A program made the position numbers and the translations under genes. Source: Entomortierella parvispora E1425 (taxonomy: Eukaryota > Fungi > Mortierellomycota). From it: a stretch of 64,000 nt of DNA. The stretch spans positions 434,001 to 498,000 of the forward strand of contig BQFW01000007.1 of NCBI GenBank assembly GCA_020891255.1, read 5' to 3'. This document shows positions 37,853 to 49,666 of this stretch, in pieces (the stretch's first letter is position 1; each line of letters opens with the position of its first letter). A model generated the notes under the pieces. That model saw only the letters and a list, made by a program, of their open reading frames with translations, was not told the DNA's origin and made no database searches.

Positions 37853-39809
37853 TTATTCACCCAAGCCCACAATGACCATTCTGAGCACTAGGTATTGCAC
37901 CTTGTCCACCTTGTTCGTGTTGCCAGTCGTTTTCAGCTCCTCCATCTCTATCTTGTTTTGCAGCTCCTCCCTTTTCTTTTTATTCCTTCGCACACGCCTT
38001 ACGAAACAGCAGCAGCACAAAAACACGCTTAGGGCCACAACACCACTGCCACACCAGATCACAATGTTGACGAACTGATTGAGAGAACAATGATCGTAAC
38101 AGGGTGGTATCTTGACATACAACATGGACTCGGGGGTCCCCAGTTCGACCCCTCCCCCTCCGTCAGTACCTCCCCTAGATGGCAGGGACCGTAGACCCTG
38201 AATGTTCAGTGGTGCAATCTTCATTTCTTGCGGCCGCACATGGTCGGGGTCACCCTTGGCAAACGTGAGGACACTTAACCCTTCCTCGCGTGTGAAAAGA
38301 ATGACAAACGCTACTTTCTTGCTGCCGGTTTCCAATTGCCGTGGCATCATTATTGGAGCCAAAAAGACCATTATACCAGGGACATCACTTTCTGAAGCCC
38401 AGGAGGCAGGTCAAGTCGTGGACGGTGCATTAGAGCTCGCCAGTGGGTCCATGATATAAACTCGCACTCTGTAGGAGTCTGTCTCTCGATCCAGCCACTG
38501 GCAGTTTTCAAAAGGATGTGAGCCTTCGGCTTGTGACCATCACTGGAAGAAAAAAAAAAAAAAAAAAAAAAAAAAAAGGTAGACTTACTGCGCATGCGGA
38601 AAAATAGACGCCCCCATTGATCACTGACATGCTGCCTTCGGGGTCAACGGCTCACTGAAGTGTCCAAGTCATGTTGAAAATAGCGCCCTGTGTCTGAAGA
38701 TTCAGCAATCCTGGGTGAGGACCTGAGGCCGACTTTGTTGGCGGAGAGGCAGGAAGCGTGTAAGCCACGAGTTCACCAGTGTAGCTCGTGATGTTGATGG
38801 TAGGAATATTACTGGCGGTGGCGGTGAAAGTGGTAGTTATGCTTGCAGAAGTTGTTCTGATAGTCTTCGTGGTTTTCATGGTAGTACTTGATGGTGAAGA
38901 AGAGTCGGTGGCGGCGTTTGGTGGATGAGCGACGTATGCAAAGGGGACATTACCGTCATTGCTACTATTCGGACCAACGGCGAGGTTGAGCAGCTTTGCG
39001 TTGCTTGTGCCCTGGAAGGAATAGGGAGATATTCGTAGCATATGTGTGTGTGTGTGCGTGTGTGTTAGCAATTGGCTGCATTCCTACTCTGTACCATTGC
39101 AATTCCGTCGACAAAGACCAGAAATATCAATGGAGCAAAATCTTACCAGGCTATACAATGAACTGTTTTGGGCCATCATACTCAACATCGGCCCAGCCTC
39201 AATGGAGGGCCTGCCCACATCCCCTGGAAACGTAGGCCATGTTTGTGGATCATCGTCGTCATGTCCAACAAGGTAACTGGCATGGTAAAGCACGCTCGAA
39301 ACATTGGCTTCAGGTAAAGGTGCAGTGGTACCACTGGCGTTTCTGCTTTCAAACAGGTTGAACAAACTGAACCTCATTTTACGAAAGATTTCTTTTGGTC
39401 CAAGATTCAACGAGGACAACATGATCCACTCTCCAAGGTCTTTACCAACAGTGTTTGGGCAGTTCAGGATCAAACTGAATAGTCTGCATGGTCCCTTCTG
39501 AGACAGCCAAACTGACCGTGAAGACGCCTGTTTCGCCACCACGCAACTTGTCAATGACAATACATTTTCAGAAGAAGGGCCGCTGCTTTTCGGGGAAGGC
39601 AATTTAAACTCGGATCCGAACTGGGTACTGGAAACTGTGGAGACGACTGACCATTCAAGGGAGCTTGGATCAGCTGGGTAACTGTTGGACCGAGCGAGAA
39701 CAAGAGTTGATCTTCCATCGTAAAACTCTCCATCGAGAGGTTGTGCGTGGGCTACAAAGTAGGCTGCCTGGGAATTGGAGGCAATGCAGCTAGGGACAAG
39801 TTTGCCCAT
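37853..39809 (-). pseudogene. Disrupted single-pass membrane protein of a Mortierellaceae-expanded family (probable pseudogene)
   Basis: Family-like motif LVLARSNSYPADPSSLEWSVVST and a C-terminal TM helix followed by a basic stretch (VIWCGSGVVALSVFLCCCCFVRRVRR). Introns at 39146-39012 and 38588-38543. In-frame TGA at 38654, 38542 and 38413, plus a probable compensating frameshift pair near 39525-39440. Confidence 0.6.
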
Positions 39810-41261
39810 TTAAAATATGGTGGTGGCGGGACGTGGGACAGTGTGACGATGGAAAATGTGCTAAAGAGAAGAAAGAAGTCCAGGAACAACGACAGCAGGT
39901 ATCAAGTAGGACATGAAGTTCATCGTCGCCTAGGCACACTCAAAGGTTGTTGTTTGCCCGGGAACGAGGGTAAAAATAAGAATAAGCATCAGTCGTCCCT
40001 GCAGAGGGGGACACGCCGTCTCGACAAAGAGCGCTGCGGAGAGTTTAGCGCAAGATGTGCCCTCCATGATGTAGGTGCTGTATGGAGATAGACGCCTCAC
40101 ACAGAACAGCTTCAATTCGTTTCTAGAGACAGAGTTGGATCTACTTAATGCTGCTATAAAGACACGCCATTGCCACCACCGGGACACTGACAGGCAGTGA
40201 CTATAGTAGGGCTCATGGCGTGGTCAATTAAGAACCGTACAAAAAAAAAAGGCTTGAAGACCAGTACTCGATAAAGAAGCTTGACTTGAAGGTCCGAATT
40301 TGGGTGCTGATGTCTCTTTCGATACTCACCCGTACCAAGGACCAGAGGTTGGTTCGATATAGCTGTCCAATTGCATAGACGTCATGGGCTGTAGTTTTGT
40401 AGTTTGATAGTTTTCCCAAAATCGCTGCAAGTTAAAAGAACGAAAGCTCACAATGCGGCGCCACTTCCACTTTTCGGCCGAGAATAGCGGTTAGCCATCA
40501 CAGTGGACCATATGATATTATCTCATCCTTCCGTGGTCAGTGCCCATGTCATGTTTCCCGCTTCTTGCTGCACCGTCGTTTTCTACGCCACAGATAACAA
40601 CAGTGCTTCTCAATTCCAATCGGCAGCCACTGCAGTTGTTAAATTAGGGAGTTCCCGCTTCAGCTACTGCTCGATGGGGCGAGCTTCACTTCTTGAGGTC
40701 ACAGGTGTCTGTGTTTGTGATTGGGATATTTAAGCCGCGGGTAATGGCTCAGATGACAGATGGTCGTCGTTTTCTCCTTCACCTCTGCTATAAAAAGTGA
40801 ATATTTGGAGGATCCACTTTCTTCGAGGCAATTGCAACACCGACCTGGGAAGTATCGCTCGCTGATCAATGTTTTCATCCCGCGAGTCTGCATCAGCTAT
40901 TACTTATTTCGATTCCACAGCCAACCCTCTGTCCCCAATTTCAGCAGTGTGAGCTCCAGTCTCCGCGAGAGAAGTGAAGAAGGGCCGGGCAGCACTTGGA
41001 CTATTTGTTCCCAACTGGTCAGCCACAATGGCGTATATCGTGGCTGAAGCGGTGGCGTAGTCACATGACGCTCTTTTAAAGACCACTGAATGGCTGTCTG
41101 TCTCACGCCTGCACAAAAGGTCTCGCTGTCCTGGTCTCCTTTCTTTCCATCCCAGCTACTTCTCTCTCATCACATCACTCACTCACCCACTTACTCACTC
41201 ACTCACTTTCCTTGACTTTGCCTGTCTTTACCCACTCCCATTCACTTGCTCACACCCGCCA

Positions 41262-43162
41262 ATGGAACGATCGGCACTTGAGGCCCTCCTGCGAATTATC
41301 CGTACCGCGCTGGGGAAACGGATCAACCAGACCGCACAGACATCGCTTGCCAATGGTAAGTCCTTACTGTCTTGCTGCTTTCTTTTCCGCTGTTTGTACT
41401 AACGAGCGGACCGATTCAACCCAATCATGTAGATATCCTCTGCGTTTCAGTGGGACTAAGGTAACGCACAGACAACCAAGACAAAAATGGATTGCCACCA
41501 AAAAAAAAGCACAAAAAAAAAAAGAAAGAACGACCGCAACACCCAAGCACATGGTGATCCGTTCCACCTGACAAACACAGGCGAGGTATTCATGTTCTTT
41601 TCTCTTTGACAGATCCGCTTCACTGGTAGACCAGCTTTACTTGTCCGAGAATGACATTGAGAGGATACAGTCCATGTTCCACCATGTAAGTACATGACAT
41701 GTGCTCATGTCAGCCAATGAGTTTTTTTTTGGTCCATGGCTGCTCTGGCTCATTTGGGACAGCAATTAAAACCTTTTCTAATTCATTTTGCTATATCAGT
41801 CTGCAAGGTTTAGTCACCTGGACCTGTTGAGCATTGGCGAGGACCATATCTTTATCATTCACCGGGCGCTGCTCCACCAAGATATTCAAGACTATCTATC
41901 CAACTCGCCCAAAGGATTGCAGAGGGTTTTTGTCAATGTGGACTATCGCCTTTCTCAGCCAGAGCTGGTGAGTCCATGTCTTGGCCATTGCGATCGAAGA
42001 CGAGAACAGAACATGGAAGCTGACTCAACCTTTATGATAATAATAGGTGCCTGATAACAGGTGCTGGCCACTAGAAGAGTATATTCGAGAGCGACTATTG
42101 CCTGAAGTCCTGTATAGGATAGAGTCATGGGACCAGGCTGACAGCATCTACAAACCTCTACCTGTACCACCAAAGAGGCTCCTCTCCGTAGTCACACTCA
42201 CGGGATGGCTATTGAGCTATCCCGTGAACTATATTGTCCCGTCCTCCTTGCCGCCAGCACGTCAACCTAGAAGCAGAACACCGGAAGAAAAACATCATCA
42301 CCTTGTTGGCGAATACGAGTCACATTGGAGCGACCATGGGAGTACACCTCCCGAGAGCGAGCAGGAACTAGAAGACGACGATGACGAGGAAGACGAAAAC
42401 GCTGGCCGTAACTGTCTTGCCAATCAACCCTTGGTTATAACAAGAGTACAACTTGAGCCAAGTGACACCGTAGACGGGCTTCGAGACCATTGCCTGCTCA
42501 GCTTTAGTTATCCAGCTGATCTTGTGGAGAAGTTCATTGATGATAGTCAGCCTACACCCGTCTCACCTCTGTCACCATCAGCGCCCGGCTCTCCTACTCT
42601 GAGCTCTGGTGTTGCCCTTGAAGTCGACCAAGGATTGCGTCTAGACGGTGATGGCTCTAACAATGTAGTGAACAATGATAACGATGAAGACGACGACGAC
42701 GACGACGAGTTTGTAGATGCTTTGAGCTCTGAGGAGGAAGTGGACGCCATGAACACAGAAGGGACAACTAGTGCATCAAAAACACCCTCGCGCAGACGGT
42801 CTAGTGCAGGCGCCAATTCCAAACTTACGAGTGAACAGCGCTCCAGACGCTCTTCTGCAGCTGCATCATCTTCCTTGGAAAAGGTATCGCCGCAACGCGC
42901 CTCTCCAGAGAACAGCTCATTTGAGCAGAATGATAGGGAGCCAAACACTTGCTGTAACACCAATGACATTGACGGGATCAAAAAGGGAAGCAGCAGTGCG
43001 ACATACGACGAGAATAGACAATTGCCCTTTAGCAACCCGGATATCTGTGCCGCTGGTCGGTCATTTCTGCACCAGTTGCACAGCCGGTTCCAGAAGCAGA
43101 CTGTATGGAAGACGTGGGAGGTTGGCCAACAGACGGTGACCCTGCCAGTGGTAGCAATGTAG
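41262..43162 (+). CDS. UPF0739/C1orf74 (DUF4504)-like protein, multi-exon
   Basis: The spliced start reads MERSALEALL...LAN|DILCVSVGL|RSASLVD. The last exon has TLTGWLLSYPVNY, NCLANQPL and LLSFSYPADL, which match DUF4504 motifs as I recall them. Confidence 0.75.
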
Positions 43163-43573
43163 TCATGTGGGGTGGCTTCAAAACAGAATAAACAGCGGTC
43201 ACCTGACGTGTCGCGTTTTGGGTGAATTTGCAAATTCACCCAAAAATCAAAGGGCAAAATTGGCCAAAAAAAACAAGCGGGCGACGCGTCGCACAGTGTT
43301 TGCACGGAGGAGAGGGGGCGAGCCTGGCGCACAAAACCCATGTAACAGATGACAGAGCACAATCACATAAACACACAACATAAATTTTGACCCCCAAAGA
43401 GACGACGAACAGACGTCGCCGTGACAACTCATCTGGAGACCGTACATAACCCGCTGCATCTGCATCCTTTCTAATCTTTTTTCCTCTTCTTCTTTTTTCT
43501 TCTCTTTTCTCTTTTTCCTCTCTCAACCCAACCACTCTCCCTAACACCCCCCCTAACCCACCACATCCCAAAA

Positions 43574-43762
43574 ATGGCCAAGGAAAAGTCCGCAAAGAAG
43601 TCTGCCTCCACCGGCAAGAAGTTGTCCCCCTACAACATGTACATGAAGTCCGAGCTTGCTAAGGTCAAGGCCGAGAAGCCCGGTTTGAACCACAAGGAGG
43701 CCTTCAAGGAGGTCGCCACCCGCTGGAAGGATGCCGCCGAGAACCCCAAGAACGCCAAGTAA
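43574..43762 (+). CDS. 62-aa YABBY/HMG-box-like small DNA-binding protein
   Basis: KKLSPYNMYMKSELAKVKAEKPGLNHKEAFKEVATRWKDAAENPKN. Intronless, with a good start context (AAAATGG), strongly biased codons (AAG/GCC/TCC) and a CT-rich leader. Confidence 0.85.
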   Translation: MAKEKSAKKSASTGKKLSPYNMYMKSELAKVKAEKPGLNHKEAFKEVATRWKDAAENPKNAK

Positions 43763-44900
43763 AGAAAAAAAAAGACATTCCCCTGTCCTTTTTTTTCGCT
43801 GGGCCTACTTTTACCCCCCCACTTCCGTCAAAGCCGATCTTTTAATCCCTCCAAGATCGATGAGTCGGTAGAGCAGGAAACGAGAGATTGAACGAGTCTT
43901 GCGCAAGAATGAAATGAAGAAAACAACGGGAGCCAAGAAGGCCCCTTCTACAACTGCCGGCGCTTTTTTTTGTTTTCAAACATCTGGGCAATCACTCTTT
44001 TTTTCTCCCCCCTTACTCTTTTGGCTTGTTCATAGTTCTCTTCTCGACATACTTTTTTCAGCAACACCTCAACCCTTTCCTTGTCCTGGATTTTTCTTCA
44101 AACAAAAAAAAAAGGCGGGAAATTTCAGTTTTTCGAAACAAATGTATTATTAAAACACAAAACTACCTCAGTTCGTCGACTATGTGCAGCTCAATATTGG
44201 TTGAAGATGGCACTTTTTGTGTGAAGAACTTTGCCTGTATGGACTTTCGGAAACAGTAAAGGTACTCTTTGTTTTGACCAGAAAAAAGGAGCATGATTGA
44301 GTTTGCAAAAGGGGAAAGGTATGAGAAGTCGGGGCAGGTGCCCGACAAGGATGCCGATGATTGAACTCTGCGATATATTGAACGACATGGGACCCGAGAC
44401 TTGCAAGAAGGGTCTTTGTCCACAGTATGGGAAAGCAGAGTCTGGCACGACCAGGGAAAAGGGGCAAACAGAGTTGCGTGTGAAATCTTTCAGATGAGGA
44501 TGAGGATGATGAGAATCAACGGGGATGGGGATCCAAGCGCGTCATTCGATCCGGGAATCGAAGGCGAATGTGGTCAATGTGATGATGATGGGGTCTCATT
44601 CCTTGACGGGGATCCCCTTCCCTTGATGTGCATTCACGGCCCTCTTTTTTTTCCCTTGCCCCCTTCTGCTTGCTTGGGCTGACAGCTGCCCAGTCTTGCC
44701 CCTCTTCTTGATGGAGCGGGGCGAGTCAGCGACCCGCGTCAGGTGATGAACCTTGCTAATAGGAATGCACGCTTATACCGAGTGGGCGTAAATATTTGCA
44801 GTTGGCAAGAGTCACGCATGGGATCGTTTTCACCGTTCCATGTCTCTCATCACATTGATCATCTACGCGCTTACTTGACATCTCTCCTTCCTTCTTCTCT

Positions 44901-44907
<7 letters not shown>

Positions 44908-44938
<31 letters not shown>
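44908..44938 (+). repeat. (TC)n microsatellite in a CT-rich leader-like region
   Basis: Perfect dinucleotide run, about 15 units. Confidence 0.9.
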
Positions 44939-44948
<10 letters not shown>

Positions 44949-46689
44949 TTCTCCCATCTATTCCATCCATCCTTTTCGTCCCCTGTTCATATGCACCCAG
45001 TCCAGCCCTCCCCTTCTTTGGCGATCGTTGTTCCTGGTAGACGGATCAACCTGGCGATCTAGGCTTTTGCCTCCCACTGGCCAGTGGCTCCTCACACCTG
45101 GCCAAAGGTTGCCAGAGGCATAGAGACACATACTCACGCTCTTTGCTCTCTGGATCCCCGGGTGCTCGCGAAACAGCCAACGCAGCCTGGCAGGCGTGGC
45201 AGTTTCATTTGGCTGCCCTCGTCCTGTTCTTATTCGCCCCTTCTTTCTCTTTTGCACCTTTCTCCGAAGCGCGCGTCGCCCCTTCCTCTGGCCGTTTTTT
45301 TCTGCCCCTCTACAACCCGTTGCCACTCTATCTCTTTTCTATGTCTTTTCCCCTTTTCCTCGTTTCTTTTTAACCTCCTCGTCCTTTTCCTCCACCGCGG
45401 CAACTTGTGCCCAGCTCGAGAGTCTGTTTGCTAGTGAGACGGTAGTGTGGCGTTAGTCATTCAACTCCCTGCTACACTCCTTCGTCATACCACCGAGTGC
45501 GTCAGCCCTGGGTCCTCTCAATGATCAAACCGACATGACCAAGGTAAGAAGTGGGTGCAGCTCTATTGCTCCTTTGTGAGGGTTCTAGGATTTGGAGCCC
45601 CCTGTGGAGTAGTTAATAACCTTTTTCCGTTTGTTGTAGACTCCACCAGGGACAAAGCCCCTTGATTTTTTCTCGAAATCTCATCCCAGCACGAACACAG
45701 ACGCCTTTGCTTGCTTGACACTAGACTTCGAGAGAGAAAAAAGACAAACAAACAAACGACTGCCTAAATTCTGGAAAGACTGATCGACGACGTGGTTCTG
45801 CCGTGTGTTCCCGAAAGCATACTCGATATCCCTCCTCGTTCACCACTTGATTGTTCAAGGGGGTCGAGAGTATCAGAGGAGAGCAGAAGAGGAGTACAAG
45901 CACAGCATCCACCAGATCATAAACGAAGGTGGAATGGAAATTCGTCTCCAGTCTTCTTTGACACACTGTGTCGTGGAGTTGTGAGAAAGGTAAGGAGGAG
46001 CAATGATGCTTGTGGATGCAGTGTTACCTTGCCTTGTTTGTACTATTAATCTCATTAGTCTCTTTGCTTTTTTTGTAGGCTGTTACGGAAAAGTCAATAT
46101 TTTTATTTTTTTTTTATTCGGTGAGCCTTGCCACCAAGGTCAGTAAGGAAAGCCACGAAGCCGGCATCAAAAGACGACGTTCAGGATCACCTGGACTCTT
46201 TGACACCTATCTCAGTCGTCCAGATGGATACTCACGCGGATGAAGCACCTGCGACGAGGAAGCATCTCAATGGGTATCTGTTTTGTCACGTGCCGCAAAT
46301 ACTCGAAGGATGTCGGAAGGCAGACTACAGGCGAGCCCACTCGAGACTGCCCCTTGTTGTTGTAGGGTCATCCTGGATTTATTGATCACTATTCATCTCT
46401 TCTTGGATTACTGCCAACTTCCTCGCTCGTCGTTCTTGAATCCATTTCGGACATACGACCTTGGATTTGCATGGACACGTTGATGGAGGCGTGTAAAGTC
46501 CCCAGTCGATTAGGATCATGCAGAATGGTTGCGATGTCGATTGTTTGGACATGCGATTGACTACTATCCGCTCTTGAGAATGGTCGAACGTCCACTCTTT
46601 ACTGTTTGACTCTTATTTTCTCATTTTGCCTATTGTTCGACCTCCATGTTCTCTTTTCTTTTCTTCTTCGTGGAAAGGGACATCCTCCC

Positions 46690-46720
<31 letters not shown>

Positions 46721-47199
46721 CCAAACTTCCATTCTCGATACTCTTTATCCGGGCATTGGAAGTGAAGTTTGATGGTAGACAATTCGAATGTTATGATTCT
46801 ACAACATCGAGCCCATTTTATCCTGCAGCAAAATCGCAAAGGGTGAATTTCGGAACTAGGGTGGCAACATCCTTGATTTTTTTTATTTTTTTTATATACA
46901 TTTTTTCATTTCTCGACGATTCCTTGAAAGCTTGTTCTAGCCGCTGGGGTGCAACACTACGATGTAACCGCCCTGCCCCGCCTGCTGCGTGCACGTTCTT
47001 ACATACCACTCTATTTTTATTCTTGACAAGGAAACAAACAACAATTGCCGTTCTTCTGTCAAACTTGTATAGTTTTCTATCCCCTGCTCTTGTTCGGGAA
47101 ATAGCAAACACTTCTTTTTTTTTATTATAAACTTGTATTATTATATTATTATTAATATTATTAATCCATGGGTCCATGGCTATGATTGGAGTATTGGCG

Positions 47200-48546
47200 T
47201 TAGAACGGGGGGGATGGGTCCCGTCGCGGTTGTTGCAGCTGAAAGAGCTGTTGACTTTGATTCAGGATCAAAGTTCGCTGTCGCTCAAACTCGAGTTCGA
47301 GTGCGTCGCACTTTTCCTTTAATCGAGCGTATTCACCTCGAAGCATGGCAAGGCATCGATCCGGGTTTGGATCATAAAGCTCAGGCGATCCATGACGGAG
47401 AAATGTGATCATGTCCACCACAACCACTACAATCTCGGGTTTGTCCTGATCCTCCTCGACAATCGATACCTCTGATTGCAGTTGCGGACGATCTGTCGAG
47501 ATTGACGTGGACGAAATTGTGGAAGTAGATCCATTCGTAGCTTGGCTGATCCCATGTTCTTGCCCGAGATGCGGTTGCTCCTCTTCCTCTTCTTCTTCAA
47601 TCTCTTCCAGGTTTCTGTGCCATTTCACGGTCTTGACACTAGCGCTTCCATTACTCTTCAGAAAGTCCCTGTCCTTGCTTCCATCACTCTCATGACTATT
47701 ATACACCGCCGTCGATCCTAGTTCCTCGTTAGAGAGTTTCTTCTTGGCTACTGGTTCCCTGCGAATCACTTTTTCGTCTTGGCTGGCCTTTTCGCCCTCC
47801 TGGACATTTGATCCTAACAGAGATTCCACGCCTAAAGAGGTTTGGACAGCCGTTTCAGTGAGTGCACCACCATCCGTTGTTCCTTGAACTAGAATCGTAT
47901 GGATCAAGTATTGGATTTGATCCATCTTGTTCCTTAGCTCCTCCAGTGTCTTTGTCCTCTTTAACCATTGTGGCATCAAACCCTCAGTCGTGTTCATCAA
48001 TGTATCTAAAAAAAAAAAAAAAAAAAAAAAAAACGAAAACAAAAGAAAAAAAGAAGGGGAGAGAGCCTACCGTTAGAACGCTCGTGCTAGGCTCTTGTGG
48101 CGACAGCCGATGTTGGTCTCCTCTCCCTCTCCCCCGATTCTCGATCAAACAACACCTCCTTGTAGCTCTTAAATGAAAGTCCTCAGCCTAAACCTCGCTC
48201 TTGCCCCCCCCGTCCCCTTCTCGAGGAAAGGAGGAAGAAGAGAGCGATTGACTCTTCACCATCCCTTTTTTTTTTTTTTTTTTGTCTTTTCTTTTTTCGT
48301 TACCAGAGAAGTTTTGAAAGAATTGGATCCGACGTTCTTCTGTCCGAACGTTGGCATCGGCAAGGCTCTGTCGAATCCATTCTAGTTCAAGGGCGGTCTT
48401 CTTCTCCGTGATCCGCCTTCGTTCCTCTCTCAGATTCGTGATGCATGTTCGAGGGTCCTGATCATACAGGAATAGAAAGCCCGTGGAATGAAAAATAGAC
48501 GGATCGACCACAGGACTCTCCTGTAGCGGCTGTGGTTTGTGTGGAG

Positions 48547-48643
<97 letters not shown>

Positions 48644-49329
48644 ATGTTGATGGAGCTGGCGTTGTTGACATTGTTGACATGAATAAAGTTGTTGTTGTTG
48701 AGAAGGACTGGACGGCGTGATGGGCAAGAGGACCAGCTCTGACAACAGCTCCGTCAGTGTACATAGTTGATGGTCCATTTCGTGCATCATGTTATCTCTG
48801 TGGGAGGACGAGGCTGTGGTCGCAATTGAGCTCATGGAGCCTGTCGAAATATGACGAAGACCACCTGTGAGATCCACCAGAGAATCTGCTGTGGACCGTT
48901 TGCCTAGAATCGTAAGAATGGGAACGAGTTAATTCACGTCTGAAAGCCCTGCATCCCTGTTCACATTCAGTGGACTTACGTACTGAGATGACGGGGCTGG
49001 TTCGCCGTGTGGCTGCTGTCGTACTGAGAGTTGATCTTTCCGTTCGATTTGGAAACCTTGGGGGGCTGTGGTGAAGATGCTGGTGTAGTGGGTGCTGGTC
49101 CTTTGAAGGATGGAGAGGAAGACTCGATCACGTCCGCGCCTCTTAGATATCCAACTCGGATCCTTGGCGCAGGCGATACTGGTCCTCGGTCTATAGTTGC
49201 CGTGCTTGTGGTAGTCATCTTACCTGGTATGAGAGTAGGAGTAGTCCGTGGCCACGAAGGACTGGTAGGTGTGGCGACGTTTCGCTCGTGCCAAGAGACG
49301 CTCGACGAGGTGTCGGCTCTGACAGACAT
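47200..49329 (-). CDS. Hypothetical polyQ/coiled-coil protein, 3 exons
   Basis: MSVRADTS... (ATG 49329). A phase-1 intron (GTACGT...CTAG, about 48982-48908) joins exon 1 to SKRSTADSLVDL. A second phase-1 intron joins FS to DTLMNT. Heptad-rich segments are present and the stop is at 47200. Confidence 0.7.
48548..48643 (-). repeat. (CAGCAA)n coding microsatellite encoding Q32
   Basis: 15 perfect CTGTTG units on the plus strand plus a flanking CTG codon on each side. Confidence 0.95.
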
Positions 49330-49666
49330 TTTTCCTTGATCAGCCTTTGAGTCTGCGAGTGAAAAATGAGAGGAAGGGAAAAAATGAACCAAGAGGATGC
49401 AGTAAAGTGCAAAGAGGAAGAAGGGAAAGGGTGTAAGCACGTTGAGATGGAGCATCCCGTTTCTCCATTTGTGCTGTGCATGCATACATGCATGCATCCA
49501 CTCATCCCATCGCCCTCCTTTCTCCTTTTCTGCTCTCTGACCATCTGCCCCTTGTCTGGGCCTAAATGTGACTTCGCTTGGTCCGTGCCTCTTGGTGCAT
49601 GTTGTCCTTTTCAGAAGAAATGATATTTTGTGGCTTTCTTTTATTCATTATTGTTCGGTTCATTAT

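Noticed and set aside
38411-38654. Selenocysteine reading of the in-frame TGA codons
   Set aside because: No redox motif context or recognisable SECIS element, and coexisting frameshifts favour pseudogenisation.
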